Positions 9,627-19,605 are shown, counted from the stretch's first letter. The stretch: DNA of 54,329 nucleotides from a virus (IMGVR_UViG_3300020042_003373:1-54329); one strand, 5' to 3'. Notes: generated by a model from the letters alone, not told the origin. Made by a program: numbers and translations.

Positions 9627-9827
9627 ATGGTAGACACATCAGAATCAACCAAACATGTGGTTGACGTTTTATCATTTGGGACAGTGGTTGGAACAATGGC
9701 TGGCGTGCTTCCAAGTGTCGCGGCCATCTTCACCATAGTGTGGACGGCGATACGCATCTACGAAACCGAGACATTTCGTAAGATGTTTGGGATTAAGCCC
9801 GTTAAGCTGAAGTCGAAAGGTGACTAA
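9627..9827 (+). CDS. Small membrane protein, putative holin/antiholin
   Basis: Hydrophobic segment (LPSVAAIFTIVWTAIRIYE) and basic tail; first gene of the lysis cluster. Confidence 0.55.
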   Translation: MVDTSESTKHVVDVLSFGTVVGTMAGVLPSVAAIFTIVWTAIRIYETETFRKMFGIKPVKLKSKGD

Positions 9828-10345
9828 TGGACCAGCTTCTAAACCTTGTTCGCACGGTCGCTCCAACCATCGCTACAGCCCTTGGCGGGCCTTTGGCTGG
9901 CATGGCTACCAGGGCAATCTCGGAAGCCCTCCTGGGCAAGCCTGATGGCTCTGAACAGGAGCTTCTCGCGGCAGGAACTTCAGCGACCCCAGACCAACTC
10001 CTTGCCCTCAAAAAAGCTGATCATGACTTCGCCATTCACATGCGTGAATTGGAGATTGATCTAGAGCGGATCAGCAACGAAGATCGTGATTCGGCCCGTA
10101 ACAGGGAAATCAAAACCAAGGATTGGACGCCAAGGCTTCTCGCGGCCAGCATCACCTTTGGCTACTTCGGCGTTCTCTTCTACATGCTGACCCACGGCCT
10201 TCCCACTACCGGCGGCTCTGAAGCCATGCTGGTTATGCTTGGCACCCTAGGCACCGCGTGGGGCGGTGTTGTCGCCTACTACTTTGGTTCGTCCGCTGGC
10301 TCCAAGGAGAAGACGGATACAATCAACAGGATGACCCGCAAATGA
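9827..10345 (+). CDS. Putative holin (3-TM, GTA-release-holin-like)
   Basis: VAPTIATALGGPLAG N-terminus, DRDSARNRE, two C-terminal TM helices ending YYFGSS; precedes the endolysin. Confidence 0.7.
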   Translation: MDQLLNLVRTVAPTIATALGGPLAGMATRAISEALLGKPDGSEQELLAAGTSATPDQLLALKKADHDFAIHMRELEIDLERISNEDRDSARNREIKTKDWTPRLLAASITFGYFGVLFYMLTHGLPTTGGSEAMLVMLGTLGTAWGGVVAYYFGSSAGSKEKTDTINRMTRK

Positions 10346-10860
10346 ATGGCAACTTTGAGCGCTGCTTGAAGTTTGTCCTAGACCACGAGGGCGGCTGGTC
10401 TGACGATCCGCATGACCCTGGCGGCGCGACCATGAAGGGCGTCACGCTCCTCACCTACAAAGCTTATCTTATGCGCCTTCCGACAAAGGAAGAGCTTCGC
10501 AATATTCCTGGGGAACATCTAATTGACTTGTATAAAACACGCTACTGGGATAATGCCGGATGCGATGATCTCGACATCGGTGTCGATTTGGTAGTGTTTG
10601 ATATGGCTGTTAATTCTGGCGTCGGACGTTCATCTAGAATCCTCCAGCGTTGTGTTGGGGCAAATGCTGATGGCGCTATTGGCCCGAAGACTGTTGCCCT
10701 GACCAAAGGCATTCTGCCGCGTGATCTCGTTATTCGCTTCTCTACAGAGAGGCGCAACTTCTACAAGACGCTAGAAACATTCGATCGTTTTGGTAGAGGC
10801 TGGATGCGCCGTACTGATGAATGCGAAGCCGAGGCATTTGAAATGATTGGAGATAAGTGA
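10342..10860 (+). CDS. Endolysin, glycoside hydrolase family 108 with peptidoglycan-binding C-terminus
   Basis: HEGGWSDDPHDPGGATMKGVT, YKTRYW, FDMAVNSG, DGAIGPKT, FGRGWMRR; ATG at 10342 overlaps the holin stop. Confidence 0.88.
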   Translation: MNGNFERCLKFVLDHEGGWSDDPHDPGGATMKGVTLLTYKAYLMRLPTKEELRNIPGEHLIDLYKTRYWDNAGCDDLDIGVDLVVFDMAVNSGVGRSSRILQRCVGANADGAIGPKTVALTKGILPRDLVIRFSTERRNFYKTLETFDRFGRGWMRRTDECEAEAFEMIGDK

Positions 10861-11648
10861 TGGATATGAAGAAGCCCAAGGGCATGAAGATGCCTTCCAA
10901 GATGACGCCAGAGATGCCGTCTGCCAGCGCCGGTATGCCGCGCTTCGGCGCTCGCGCCCTGCGCCCCGGCGGCATGGCCAAGGGTGGCGATGTTCATCCT
11001 GATGCCGCCATGGATCGCAAGCTTATCCGCAAGGAAATGGCTCGCGCCGAGAAGATGGAAGACAAGAAAGAATCCAAAGGCATGAAGAAGGGCGGCAACG
11101 TCATGCCCGCCAAAGGTTCTCCCCTCAAGAACCTGATGGCCATGAAGGGTTCTTCGAAGGGCAGCAAGATGGCTGCCGGTGGTGGCGTTGAAACCAAAGG
11201 AGCAGAGGAAGATAGAGCTCCTCGTCGCGGCTCCTTGCGTCTCCCCGCCTCCGAGAGAAGCTCACGCGGGCGCAACGAAGGCATTGAAAAAAAACAGAGC
11301 GCCGCAGAAGAAACCGCTCGCGGCGAGCGCGCCTCCGGGATGCGTTATCGCGCCCCGCAGCCTCCGACTCGCGTTACAACGCCAGGGCTTTCTTCAAATG
11401 AAGAAGCTGGCGACCCCCGCGCAATGATGCGCTATGAGTCTATTGTTGGTCCTATTGGAGGCGAATCTACAACTCGCGCCAGAAGCAACGCGTATTCTCG
11501 TGCAGACCGCGATGCAATGGACAGTGATGTTCGCCGTATGACTGGCGCTGATGAAGAGCGCGCCTATAAAAAAGGCGGCTTCGTCAAAAAGATGGCCAAG
11601 GGTGGTGGCGTTGAAACCAAGGGCAAGACCAAAGGGAAGTTCATCTGA
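10860..11648 (+). CDS. Lys/Met-rich low-complexity protein with repeated MxKGG motifs
   Basis: MAKGG, MKKGG, MAAGG, YKKGG; C-terminus GKTKGKFI; TGATG coupling on both sides. Confidence 0.65.
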   Translation: MDMKKPKGMKMPSKMTPEMPSASAGMPRFGARALRPGGMAKGGDVHPDAAMDRKLIRKEMARAEKMEDKKESKGMKKGGNVMPAKGSPLKNLMAMKGSSKGSKMAAGGGVETKGAEEDRAPRRGSLRLPASERSSRGRNEGIEKKQSAAEETARGERASGMRYRAPQPPTRVTTPGLSSNEEAGDPRAMMRYESIVGPIGGESTTRARSNAYSRADRDAMDSDVRRMTGADEERAYKKGGFVKKMAKGGGVETKGKTKGKFI

Positions 11649-12523
11649 TGACCGAAGAAGAACGCGCCGCCCGCGCTGCCAGAGCCGCTCAGCGCGCCGC
11701 CGAAGCCCCGTCTCGTGAAGGTGCTGAACGCGCCCAGCAGCGCGCGTCTCGCCGTCCAACTGCCGCGCAAGCCAGCGCAAACCAAGCAGCAGGCGGCAAC
11801 TATGCCGACCGCCGTAATTTATTGATTAACCAAGGGCAGGACGAATACAATCGTGCCGTCACCCGAGACGCAACAAAAATCCCTCGCGCTCCTGGCGGTC
11901 AGCGTACTGGCTATGGTTCTCCTGGCGTGCCGCCGCCTCCGTCTCCGTTCGGCGCAGCAGCTAATGCCGCTGGAACAGCAGCGGCCACTGGGGCGCGCAC
12001 TGTAGCTAGAGGTGTTGTTGGTCGCGTTCCTGTCGTTGGAGATTTGGCCAATTCAAGGTCTGCTGGTAGCGGCTCTTCTTTGACCAGCAACGCTGAGGGC
12101 GCTGCGGCTGTCCAACAGCAGGCGGCTGAGCGGGAAGCTAGACTTACTATGTCTGATCCTAACTACGCAGAAACGGCTGATGCCGCTGCTGCAACCTTGC
12201 GCGCCCGTACTCAGGCTCGTCAAACTACGCGCCCTACCACGCGCATGTCTCCACGCGAAATGTCGCCAGATGAACTGCACAATATCTACAGCCTTACAAA
12301 TGATCCTGAATCCAGCATTGCGGAAATGCGCGGTCCTCACGGTCAGGCCGCGCGGAATATCATTGCCCGCCGCACCGAGCTTGCGCGCGAAGCTGAACTT
12401 GAAGGCATGAAGCGTGGCGGCCCGGTCAAGAAGATGGCTAAGGGTGGCGTGGTGAAGTCTTCTGCCTCTGGCCGTAGCGATGGCTGCGCTGTCAAGGGCA
12501 AGACCAAAGGGCGTATGGTATAA
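11648..12523 (+). CDS. Ala/Arg-rich protein with C-terminal MKRGG/MAKGG...GKTKGRMV module
   Basis: Translationally coupled; shares its C-terminal module with neighbouring genes. Confidence 0.65.
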   Translation: MTEEERAARAARAAQRAAEAPSREGAERAQQRASRRPTAAQASANQAAGGNYADRRNLLINQGQDEYNRAVTRDATKIPRAPGGQRTGYGSPGVPPPPSPFGAAANAAGTAAATGARTVARGVVGRVPVVGDLANSRSAGSGSSLTSNAEGAAAVQQQAAEREARLTMSDPNYAETADAAAATLRARTQARQTTRPTTRMSPREMSPDELHNIYSLTNDPESSIAEMRGPHGQAARNIIARRTELAREAELEGMKRGGPVKKMAKGGVVKSSASGRSDGCAVKGKTKGRMV

Positions 12524-12816
12524 TGGCGGATCGGAGAAGCCCAATCCCTCGGGGATACGTTGCTGACGGCCCTCCGATGCGCGAAGAGGATATTGTCCCT
12601 CGTTACCGGGGCAATCTCCATGGCGGCCCTAGCATGAACAATGATCCTGCCGATCTTGTTCGCGGCTTAGAGATGAGCCGTGAGAACAGAATGGGCGAAA
12701 ACATGGATAACGTCCGTGAGCGGCTGCGGGTGTTGCCCAGGCGCTTGAAGGAAGGCGGCAAGATTCGCGGTGGCGGGATTGAATCCAAAGGCAAAACTAA
12801 AGGAAGGTTCGTTTGA
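12523..12816 (+). CDS. Small protein ending LKEGG...GKTKGRFV
   Basis: TAATG/TGATG coupling; shared C-terminal motif. Confidence 0.62.
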   Translation: MADRRSPIPRGYVADGPPMREEDIVPRYRGNLHGGPSMNNDPADLVRGLEMSRENRMGENMDNVRERLRVLPRRLKEGGKIRGGGIESKGKTKGRFV

Positions 12817-13178
12817 TGGCTATGATGAAGGCTCGTAAGCCCAAGCGTTATGCCGAAGGTGGCGACGTAAAAACCCCAATGAAGCTGGTTATGCCTTCGG
12901 CTGGCTACATGCCCGGCAAAAGCGCAGAGCATATGTACTTCCAGCCCGACACCGCGAAGATCGAAGCCGCCGCCACAGCCGCTGCCGACGCCGCTGCTGC
13001 CGCTCCAACGGCTTCTACTGAAGCAAACGCCAACACCAGCGCCGCCGGCAACGAAAACCCTGGCAACGCCAAGGGCGGCCTTATCAAGATGAAGAAGATG
13101 GCCAAGGGCGGCGCTGTTAAGTCCAGCCGTGGCGATGGTTGCGCCATGAAGGGCAGGACCAAGGGACGTATGGTCTGA
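12816..13178 (+). CDS. Small protein MAMMKARKPKRYAEGG...GRTKGRMV
   Basis: TGATG coupling; shared N- and C-terminal motifs. Confidence 0.62.
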   Translation: MAMMKARKPKRYAEGGDVKTPMKLVMPSAGYMPGKSAEHMYFQPDTAKIEAAATAAADAAAAAPTASTEANANTSAAGNENPGNAKGGLIKMKKMAKGGAVKSSRGDGCAMKGRTKGRMV

Positions 13179-13786
13179 TGGCTATGATGAAGGCTCGCAA
13201 ACCTAAGCGGTATGCTGGTGGCGGCAGTATTGACCGAGCCAATGATGCGACAATGGTGAAAGACCCCCATGGAATTTTCAGGGGTATTGAAAAAGCAACA
13301 GACATGGTTGTGCCTGGAGGCTTTAGCAGAGTCTTTAGAATGACCACATACAAAGATGAGGACGCCGTGAAGAGGGAGGCGGAAGCTGCTGCAATGCTAA
13401 CTCCTGAAGCCGCAGCCAAGCCGCAGGGGAACATGAAGCGCGGCGGTCCAGTTAAAGAAGTGAAGTCTGGCAACAAGGTTAAGAAGCCTCAGAAGATCGA
13501 GAAGGTTATGAAGGAGTTTAAGGAAGGCTCCCTCAAATCCTCCAGCGGCGACAAGGTGAAGAACCGCAAGCAGGCCGTGGCTATTGCCCTGTCTGAAGCA
13601 TCGCGTATGAGCGAAGGCGGTAAGGTCAAGCCTCAGAACCCTGAGCTTTGGTCTTCTGTTAAGAGTCAAGCCAAGTCTAAGTTTGATGTGTATCCTTCTG
13701 CATACGCGAACGCCTGGGCTTCAAAGGAATACAAGAAGAAGGGTGGTAGCTGGAAAGGTCCAGACAATAGGGTGTCCAAGAAATGA
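13178..13786 (+). CDS. Basic composite protein with xxGG-separated modules
   Basis: Same N-terminus as the previous gene; contains KVMKEFKEGSLKSSSG..RKQAVAIALSEA and KSKFDVYPSAYANAW modules. Confidence 0.65.
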   Translation: MAMMKARKPKRYAGGGSIDRANDATMVKDPHGIFRGIEKATDMVVPGGFSRVFRMTTYKDEDAVKREAEAAAMLTPEAAAKPQGNMKRGGPVKEVKSGNKVKKPQKIEKVMKEFKEGSLKSSSGDKVKNRKQAVAIALSEASRMSEGGKVKPQNPELWSSVKSQAKSKFDVYPSAYANAWASKEYKKKGGSWKGPDNRVSKK

Positions 13787-14010
13787 AGGGCGGTCTTGGC
13801 AAATGGTTTGGTGAGAAGTGGGTTGATATCAAGACCGGGGAGGATTGTGGCCGAAGCGGTTCTGAGAAATCAAAGCGCGGATATCCCGCCTGCCGCCCAG
13901 CCGCTGCCGCAAAGAAGATGTCGTCGAGCGAAAAGAAGTCTATGTCTCAGCAGAAGACTGGTCCTGCCAGAAAAAGCTGGCCGGTAACACCGAGTGGAAG
14001 AAAGAAGTAA
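13783..14010 (+). CDS. Small basic conserved phage protein
   Basis: GLGKWFGEKWVDIKTG..CGR...YPACRP; ATGA overlap. Confidence 0.62.
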   Translation: MKGGLGKWFGEKWVDIKTGEDCGRSGSEKSKRGYPACRPAAAAKKMSSSEKKSMSQQKTGPARKSWPVTPSGRKK

Positions 14011-14685
14011 ATGGCAACCTCTGGCACTGCGGTCTGGAATCTGGACATTGCCGACCTCATTGAGGAGGCATATGAGCGTGCTGGCCTTGAGGCTCGCACT
14101 GGCTATGACTACCGCACTGCCCGTCGCTCTCTGAACATCATGTCTGCCGAGTGGTCGAACAGAGGATTGAATCTCTGGACCGTTCAAGAGAACAGCTTGG
14201 TCCTGACGCCCGGCACCAAGACCTATAACCTCCCAGCCGACACCATCGATATCATCGAGACGATCATTCGCGTGAATAGCAGCGGATCGGCCTTGGACTA
14301 TACGGTATCGCGTATTGGTGTTGGTGATTACGCCACGTTGCCCAACAAGAACACCACAGGCCGTCCTCTCCAAATCTATGTGAACCGCCAGAACAATCCA
14401 AACTACACGCTCTGGCCTGTTCCCGATCTGCCCTACACCATCATCTACTGGACGATGAGGCGCATTCAGGACGCCACCAACGCGACCGACACGATGGATA
14501 TGCCCGTCAGGTTCGTCCCTGCCCTGGCTGCCGGTCTAGCCTTCCAACTGGCCATGAAGCGTCCAGAAGCCGCTGCACGCGCTCCTGCGTTGAAGGCAGA
14601 GTACATGGAGCAGTTCCAGCTAGCCGCCGATGAAGACCGTGGTAGAGAGTCTGCTCGCTTCGTGCCTTGGATGTCCTACCCGTGA
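14011..14685 (+). CDS. Putative head-tail adaptor protein
   Basis: MATSGT..NLDIADLIEEAYERAG...ARRSLN...WSNRG.NLW...LWPVPD; position and size fit podovirus adaptors. Confidence 0.7.
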   Translation: MATSGTAVWNLDIADLIEEAYERAGLEARTGYDYRTARRSLNIMSAEWSNRGLNLWTVQENSLVLTPGTKTYNLPADTIDIIETIIRVNSSGSALDYTVSRIGVGDYATLPNKNTTGRPLQIYVNRQNNPNYTLWPVPDLPYTIIYWTMRRIQDATNATDTMDMPVRFVPALAAGLAFQLAMKRPEAAARAPALKAEYMEQFQLAADEDRGRESARFVPWMSYP

Positions 14686-14996
14686 CAGCTAAGTTTGCAC
14701 GAGGCAATAAGGCTTATGCCTTCTGCGACAGATGTTACCAGAGGTATGACCTTAGTGAACTGACTTATCAGGTCGTTAACCAGAAGCCGACCGGGCTTAA
14801 GGTTTGCGATGAATGCAATGATGTAGACCATCCTCAGTATCAGTTGGGCAAGACGCCGATCAATGATCCTGTTGCCCTGCTTGAACCAAGGCCGGATATC
14901 AACCCTGGCCGCAGCCTTCCTGGCTGGAATCCTGTTGGTAATTCTGCTACCACCATGAATGGCAATGCTGGTATTATTAACGTATATACCCCATAG
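14682..14996 (+). CDS. Small Zn-finger (CxxC...CxxC) protein
   Basis: AYAFCDRC...KVCDEC..DHPQ...EPRPD; GTGA overlap start. Confidence 0.65.
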   Translation: MTAKFARGNKAYAFCDRCYQRYDLSELTYQVVNQKPTGLKVCDECNDVDHPQYQLGKTPINDPVALLEPRPDINPGRSLPGWNPVGNSATTMNGNAGIINVYTP

Positions 14997-15005
14997 GAGA
15001 TTTAG

Positions 15006-15272
15006 ATGAGCAGCCCCACCAGCGAAAGCATGCGGAAGTACGGTCGGAACATGGCTCGCGCCATGAACCAGAAGTCTGCGCGCAAAGCCACCAAAGGCTT
15101 TTCGTTCCCGGCTGGTGAATACAACGCGCCGGAACCGAAGCAAATGCCGCATGACCAGAAGGCTGAAACCGAAGCTCTCGTTCCGCCGGATGGCTCGCCC
15201 CGCAAGGCAACCAAGATTCGCGGCACAGGCGCGGCCACCAAGGGGACTATGGCTCGCGGTCCTATGGGCTGA
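15006..15272 (+). CDS. Small basic protein
   Basis: AGGAG RBS; C-terminal IRGTGAATKG resembles the GxxTKG tails at 10860-13178. Confidence 0.6.
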   Translation: MSSPTSESMRKYGRNMARAMNQKSARKATKGFSFPAGEYNAPEPKQMPHDQKAETEALVPPDGSPRKATKIRGTGAATKGTMARGPMG

Positions 15273-15285
15273 GGAGTAATTGGCA

Positions 15286-15921
15286 ATGAACTACACGACG
15301 CTATTAGCTCTGCTTCAAGACTACACGCAGAACTCATCGACTGATTTCGTTGCCGCTATTCCAAACATTGTTCGTTTGGCTGAAGATCGCATATATCAAA
15401 CAGTGCAGTTCCCTGCGCTGAAGAAGAATGCGACATCAAACTTCAACCCAAGCAACAAATATCTTGCAACTCCCGACGACTTTCTTTCCTCATATTCTAT
15501 GGCCGTAAAAAGCGCCTCTGGTGTGTATGACTACATGTTGGAGAAAGAAGTTGGATATATCAACGAGGCGTTTCCAAACCCGGCAGTGACTGGCGTGCCG
15601 CGCTATTATGCTTTGTTTAACAACGCATCCTTTGTTGTGTCTCCAACTCCAAACGCCTTGTATGAAGTTGAGCTTCATTATTTCTATGAGCCGCCTAGCA
15701 TTGTGGACGCTGGCACGTCCTGGCTCGGCACCAATGTTGAAAGCCCGCTGTTCTATGGGTGTTTGGTTGAAGCCTACACCTACATGAAGGGCGACTCTGA
15801 TCTTGCTGCATTGTACCGCGCAAGGTACGACGAGGCTATGGGTCGGCTTAAAGTTCTTGGTGAAGGCTATGATAAGCGTGATAACTTTAGGCTCGATCTG
15901 CCTAGAATCGCGCCGACCTAA
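15286..15921 (+). CDS. Putative head-tail connector / tail tubular protein
   Basis: MNYTTL...AEDRI...G.PRYYA...PTP...ELHYFY.P...LFYGCLVEAY; GAGGAG RBS. Confidence 0.7.
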   Translation: MNYTTLLALLQDYTQNSSTDFVAAIPNIVRLAEDRIYQTVQFPALKKNATSNFNPSNKYLATPDDFLSSYSMAVKSASGVYDYMLEKEVGYINEAFPNPAVTGVPRYYALFNNASFVVSPTPNALYEVELHYFYEPPSIVDAGTSWLGTNVESPLFYGCLVEAYTYMKGDSDLAALYRARYDEAMGRLKVLGEGYDKRDNFRLDLPRIAPT

Positions 15922-15930
15922 GAGGTATAA

Positions 15931-16368
15931 ATGGCAATCGTTCAAGCCTTCTGCACGAGCTTCAAGCAGCAGCTTCTAGAAGGCGCTCATGATTTCCGCA
16001 CGTCGGGTGGAGATGTGTTTAAGGTTGCCCTCTACACAGAGGACGCCAACCTGAACTCCACCACGACCGCGTATACATCGACGGGCGAAATTGTCGTTGC
16101 TGGCTACACCGCTGGAGGATTGGTCCTAACCAACATCACGCCCAGCCAATATAACCTAGCTGGAGTGTGTTCGTTCCAGAGCGTCACATGGTCAGGGGCA
16201 ATCTCTGCTCGCGGCGCGTTGATCTACAACACAACCCCAGCGCACACATATACCAATCCCGCTTGTATCGTTCTGGATTTTGGCGTAACCAGATACGCAT
16301 CTAACGGCACATTCACCCTGAACTTCCCGCAGATCACTGACCTTAGTGCTATCGTGAGGATCAATTAA
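15931..16368 (+). CDS. Conserved virion/tail protein
   Basis: MAIVQAFCTSFKQQLLEGAHDF...FKVALYT...GYTAGG..L...ARGALIYN...VLDFG. Confidence 0.7.
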   Translation: MAIVQAFCTSFKQQLLEGAHDFRTSGGDVFKVALYTEDANLNSTTTAYTSTGEIVVAGYTAGGLVLTNITPSQYNLAGVCSFQSVTWSGAISARGALIYNTTPAHTYTNPACIVLDFGVTRYASNGTFTLNFPQITDLSAIVRIN

Positions 16369-17619
16369 ATGGCGTTCATTGTCGCTGATCGCGTTCAGGA
16401 AACATCAACCACGACCGGCACTGGCAGCTTCACCTTGGATGGGGCTGCTACTGGCTTTCAGACGTTTGCCTCGGTCCTGTCCAGCGCAGACACGACCTAC
16501 TACACGATTGCAGACCAGGGCGGGGCTAACTGGGAAGTTGGGCTAGCCACATTCACCTCACCCTCGACACTGGCTCGTACGACCATCCTGTCGTCCAGCA
16601 ACGCCGGTTCTGCGGTAAACTTCGCGGCTGGCACGAAGAACGTCTTCATTACCTACCCGGCTGGCAGATCGGTTCTGTCCAACTCCTCTGGCGTTGTTCC
16701 GGTTAATGTTGGCGGCACAGGCGCTTCGGCGCTGACTGCCAACAATGTAATTCTAGGTAACGGCACAAGCGCCGTGCAGTTTGTTGCCCCTGGCACAAAT
16801 GGGAATGTTCTGACATCGAACGGAACGACCTGGGCGTCAACAACTCCAGCGGCTGGTCCAGCGACCTACGTCCGCACCGCGTTCACTGCAACCGGAGGGC
16901 AAACCACGTTCACCGTTGCCTACACGGTCGGCGCTGTTGAGGTGTTTGTAAACGGCATCCTACTGAACTCAGCAGACTACACCGCATCAAACGGCACCAG
17001 TGTTGTGCTGGCGTCGGCATGTCTGGTTGGTGATATCGTTGAGTTCATTGCCATCTCAAATGGCAGCTTGTCCTTAAGCGCCGTCACAGTTGGCAGCACA
17101 GCTATATCTGGCGGCACCTCAGCGCGATTGCTGTATGACAACGCGGCGGTGGTGGGCGAAACCAGCGGCATCACCACAAACGGCACGACGCTGACGTTGG
17201 CAGGGACGACTGCGGCGTTGGCATCTGTGCTTACGAATGCTGCTGAAGTCGCCACGGTGAGTGCAACCGCTGCCACCGGCACCATCAACTTCGACATCAC
17301 GACACAGAGCGTTCTGTATTACACCAGCAACGCCTCCGCTAACTGGACGGTGAATTTCCGGGCTTCAAGCGGCATCAGCCTAAACACCGTTTTAGCAACC
17401 GGTCAATCGGTCACGGCAGCGTTCCTCGTCACGCAGGGCGCTACCGCCTATTACAACAACGTGCTTCAGATTGACGGCTCGACCGTCACACCTAAGTACC
17501 AAGGCGGAACGGCTCCTACTGCGGGTAACGCGAGCAGCATTGATGTGTATGTTTACACAATCATCAAAACCGCATCCGCGACCTTCACCGTGCTCGCCAG
17601 CCAGACCCGGTTCGCTTGA
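16369..17619 (+). CDS. Tail fibre protein (anchor/adaptor of module 1)
   Basis: ADRVQETSTTTGTG...WEVG N-terminus; T/G/S-rich fibre repeats; C-terminal QGATAY...GGTAPTAGNASSIDVY domain. Confidence 0.72.
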   Translation: MAFIVADRVQETSTTTGTGSFTLDGAATGFQTFASVLSSADTTYYTIADQGGANWEVGLATFTSPSTLARTTILSSSNAGSAVNFAAGTKNVFITYPAGRSVLSNSSGVVPVNVGGTGASALTANNVILGNGTSAVQFVAPGTNGNVLTSNGTTWASTTPAAGPATYVRTAFTATGGQTTFTVAYTVGAVEVFVNGILLNSADYTASNGTSVVLASACLVGDIVEFIAISNGSLSLSAVTVGSTAISGGTSARLLYDNAAVVGETSGITTNGTTLTLAGTTAALASVLTNAAEVATVSATAATGTINFDITTQSVLYYTSNASANWTVNFRASSGISLNTVLATGQSVTAAFLVTQGATAYYNNVLQIDGSTVTPKYQGGTAPTAGNASSIDVYVYTIIKTASATFTVLASQTRFA

Positions 17620-17628
17620 GGAAACACC

Positions 17629-19593
17629 ATGCCCGTTCTTGAAACCAAGGGTGCTTCGTCGGCTCAAGGGTTTGGTCTGACCACCCCTGTTCAGCAACTG
17701 AACTACATCGAGGACGTGTTCTCGACGTGGCTTTATACGGGCACGGGCGCAGTACAGACGATCACAAATGGGATTGATCTAGCTGGAAAGGGTGGGCTGG
17801 TTTGGACAAAGGTTCGAAGCGTTAGCGACAGCCATAATTTGCAAGACACGGCTCGCGGCGCTACCTTAAAACTAAGCACAGACTTGGTTAACGGCCAGTT
17901 AACGCAGGCTAATTCTTTGACGTCCTTCAGCAGCAACGGATATTCACTTGGCTCTGATACAAATGCTCAGGTAAACGGGAACACCAAAACTTACGTTTCC
18001 TGGACCTTCCGCGAGCAGCCTAAGTTTTTTGACATCGTGACCTACACTGGTGATGGCGCAAATCGCACCATTACTCATAATCTCGGCTCTGTTCCCGGCT
18101 GCATTATTGTTAAAAGAACAGATACATCAGGCAATTGGCAAGTTTACCACCGCAGCCTTGCCAACACGCAGTATATGGTGCTGAACAGCACGGCGGCAGT
18201 AGCAACTGGCGCAACGCGCTGGAACAGCACAACGCCGACCAGCACTGTGTTCAGCGTTGGCACAGACGCCACGGTAAACGCTAGCGGCGGGACATATGTG
18301 GCTTATATCTTCGCCCACGATGCGGGTGGGTTTGGCAATGCTGGCACGGATAATGTGATTAGTTGTGGGTCGTTCACAACTGATGGTTCTGGTATTGCGA
18401 CTGTGACGCTGGGCTATGAGCCTCAATGGGTTTTGTCAAAAAAAACAAACGGGATTAGTGACTGGATAATTGTTGATTCAATGCGAGGGAATCCTACGCC
18501 GTACCCGCAAATCGCAAACCAACAAATTTTGCGCGCAAACACATCTGGCGCGGAAGGAGCAACATATGGATACCCGCAGCCAACTGCGACAGGCTTTATA
18601 ACAACATCTTTGGATCTAAGTAGTACCTACATCTACATCGCCATCCGTCGCGGCCCGATGAAAACGCCGACTGTTGGGACGAGTGTGTTTGGTCTTAATG
18701 CCCGCACTGGTACTGGAGCCAACGCCACCGTCACAGGCGGGCAAACAGATGATGCGGTGCTGATTAAAAATCGTGGTGGGACTGATACTAGCGTTTTATC
18801 TACAAGGCTCACCGGCACTGGTCTTCTTTATCCATATGGCACAGAAGCAGAATCGGCGGCACCCCCAGATATCTTGCAAGCAAATCCTTGGGATGTAATG
18901 AATGGCGTTAAAGTTGGTACGACATCCAGTCTTACCAACGCATCAGCAAATACGTTCATTAACTACCTGTTCCGCCGCGCACCCGGCTTCTTTGATGTGG
19001 TGTGCTATACAGGGACTGGAGTTGTAAGGACGGTGAACCACAATTTGGGCGTTGCGCCTGAATTAATAATTGTTAAATGTAGAAGCGAACCTTTCCAATG
19101 GCCGGTTTATAGTTCTAGTTTGGGCGCAACAGACTTTGTTAGTTTAGATATGTCAAGTGCAACAGCCGCTAACTCTCAGATATGGAACAATACACAGCCA
19201 ACAGCAAATGTTTTTACTACTGGGGTTAATGCGGTATTAAATGGCATAGGCCGAACTTACGTCGCCTATCTCTTCGCCACCGTTGCCGGTGTCAGCAAAG
19301 TCGGCTCCTACACCGGCACAGCCGCCACCCTGACCGTCAACTGTGGCTTCACCACAGGTGCGCGGTTTGTCCTCATCAAGCGCACAGACAGCACCGGCGA
19401 CTGGTATGTGTGGGATAGCGCACGCGGCATCACTGCTGGTAATGATCCGTATTGGCGGTTGAATGCCCTTGCAGCAGAGGTGACGACAACTGACTGGGTG
19501 GACACAGCCGCATCGGGCTTTGAATTGAGCAACTCTGCTGGCAATTTGGCGAACGTCGTTGGCGGCACTTACATCTTCTTGGCAATCGCGTAG
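17629..19593 (+). CDS. Tail-fibre-associated receptor-binding protein with internal repeats
   Basis: Repeated FFD(I/V)V.YTG.G..RT..HNLG..P..IIVK.R and YVAY(I/L)FA units; ends YIFLAIA. Confidence 0.7.
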   Translation: MPVLETKGASSAQGFGLTTPVQQLNYIEDVFSTWLYTGTGAVQTITNGIDLAGKGGLVWTKVRSVSDSHNLQDTARGATLKLSTDLVNGQLTQANSLTSFSSNGYSLGSDTNAQVNGNTKTYVSWTFREQPKFFDIVTYTGDGANRTITHNLGSVPGCIIVKRTDTSGNWQVYHRSLANTQYMVLNSTAAVATGATRWNSTTPTSTVFSVGTDATVNASGGTYVAYIFAHDAGGFGNAGTDNVISCGSFTTDGSGIATVTLGYEPQWVLSKKTNGISDWIIVDSMRGNPTPYPQIANQQILRANTSGAEGATYGYPQPTATGFITTSLDLSSTYIYIAIRRGPMKTPTVGTSVFGLNARTGTGANATVTGGQTDDAVLIKNRGGTDTSVLSTRLTGTGLLYPYGTEAESAAPPDILQANPWDVMNGVKVGTTSSLTNASANTFINYLFRRAPGFFDVVCYTGTGVVRTVNHNLGVAPELIIVKCRSEPFQWPVYSSSLGATDFVSLDMSSATAANSQIWNNTQPTANVFTTGVNAVLNGIGRTYVAYLFATVAGVSKVGSYTGTAATLTVNCGFTTGARFVLIKRTDSTGDWYVWDSARGITAGNDPYWRLNALAAEVTTTDWVDTAASGFELSNSAGNLANVVGGTYIFLAIA

Positions 19594-19605
19594 AGAGGGC
19601 ACAAA

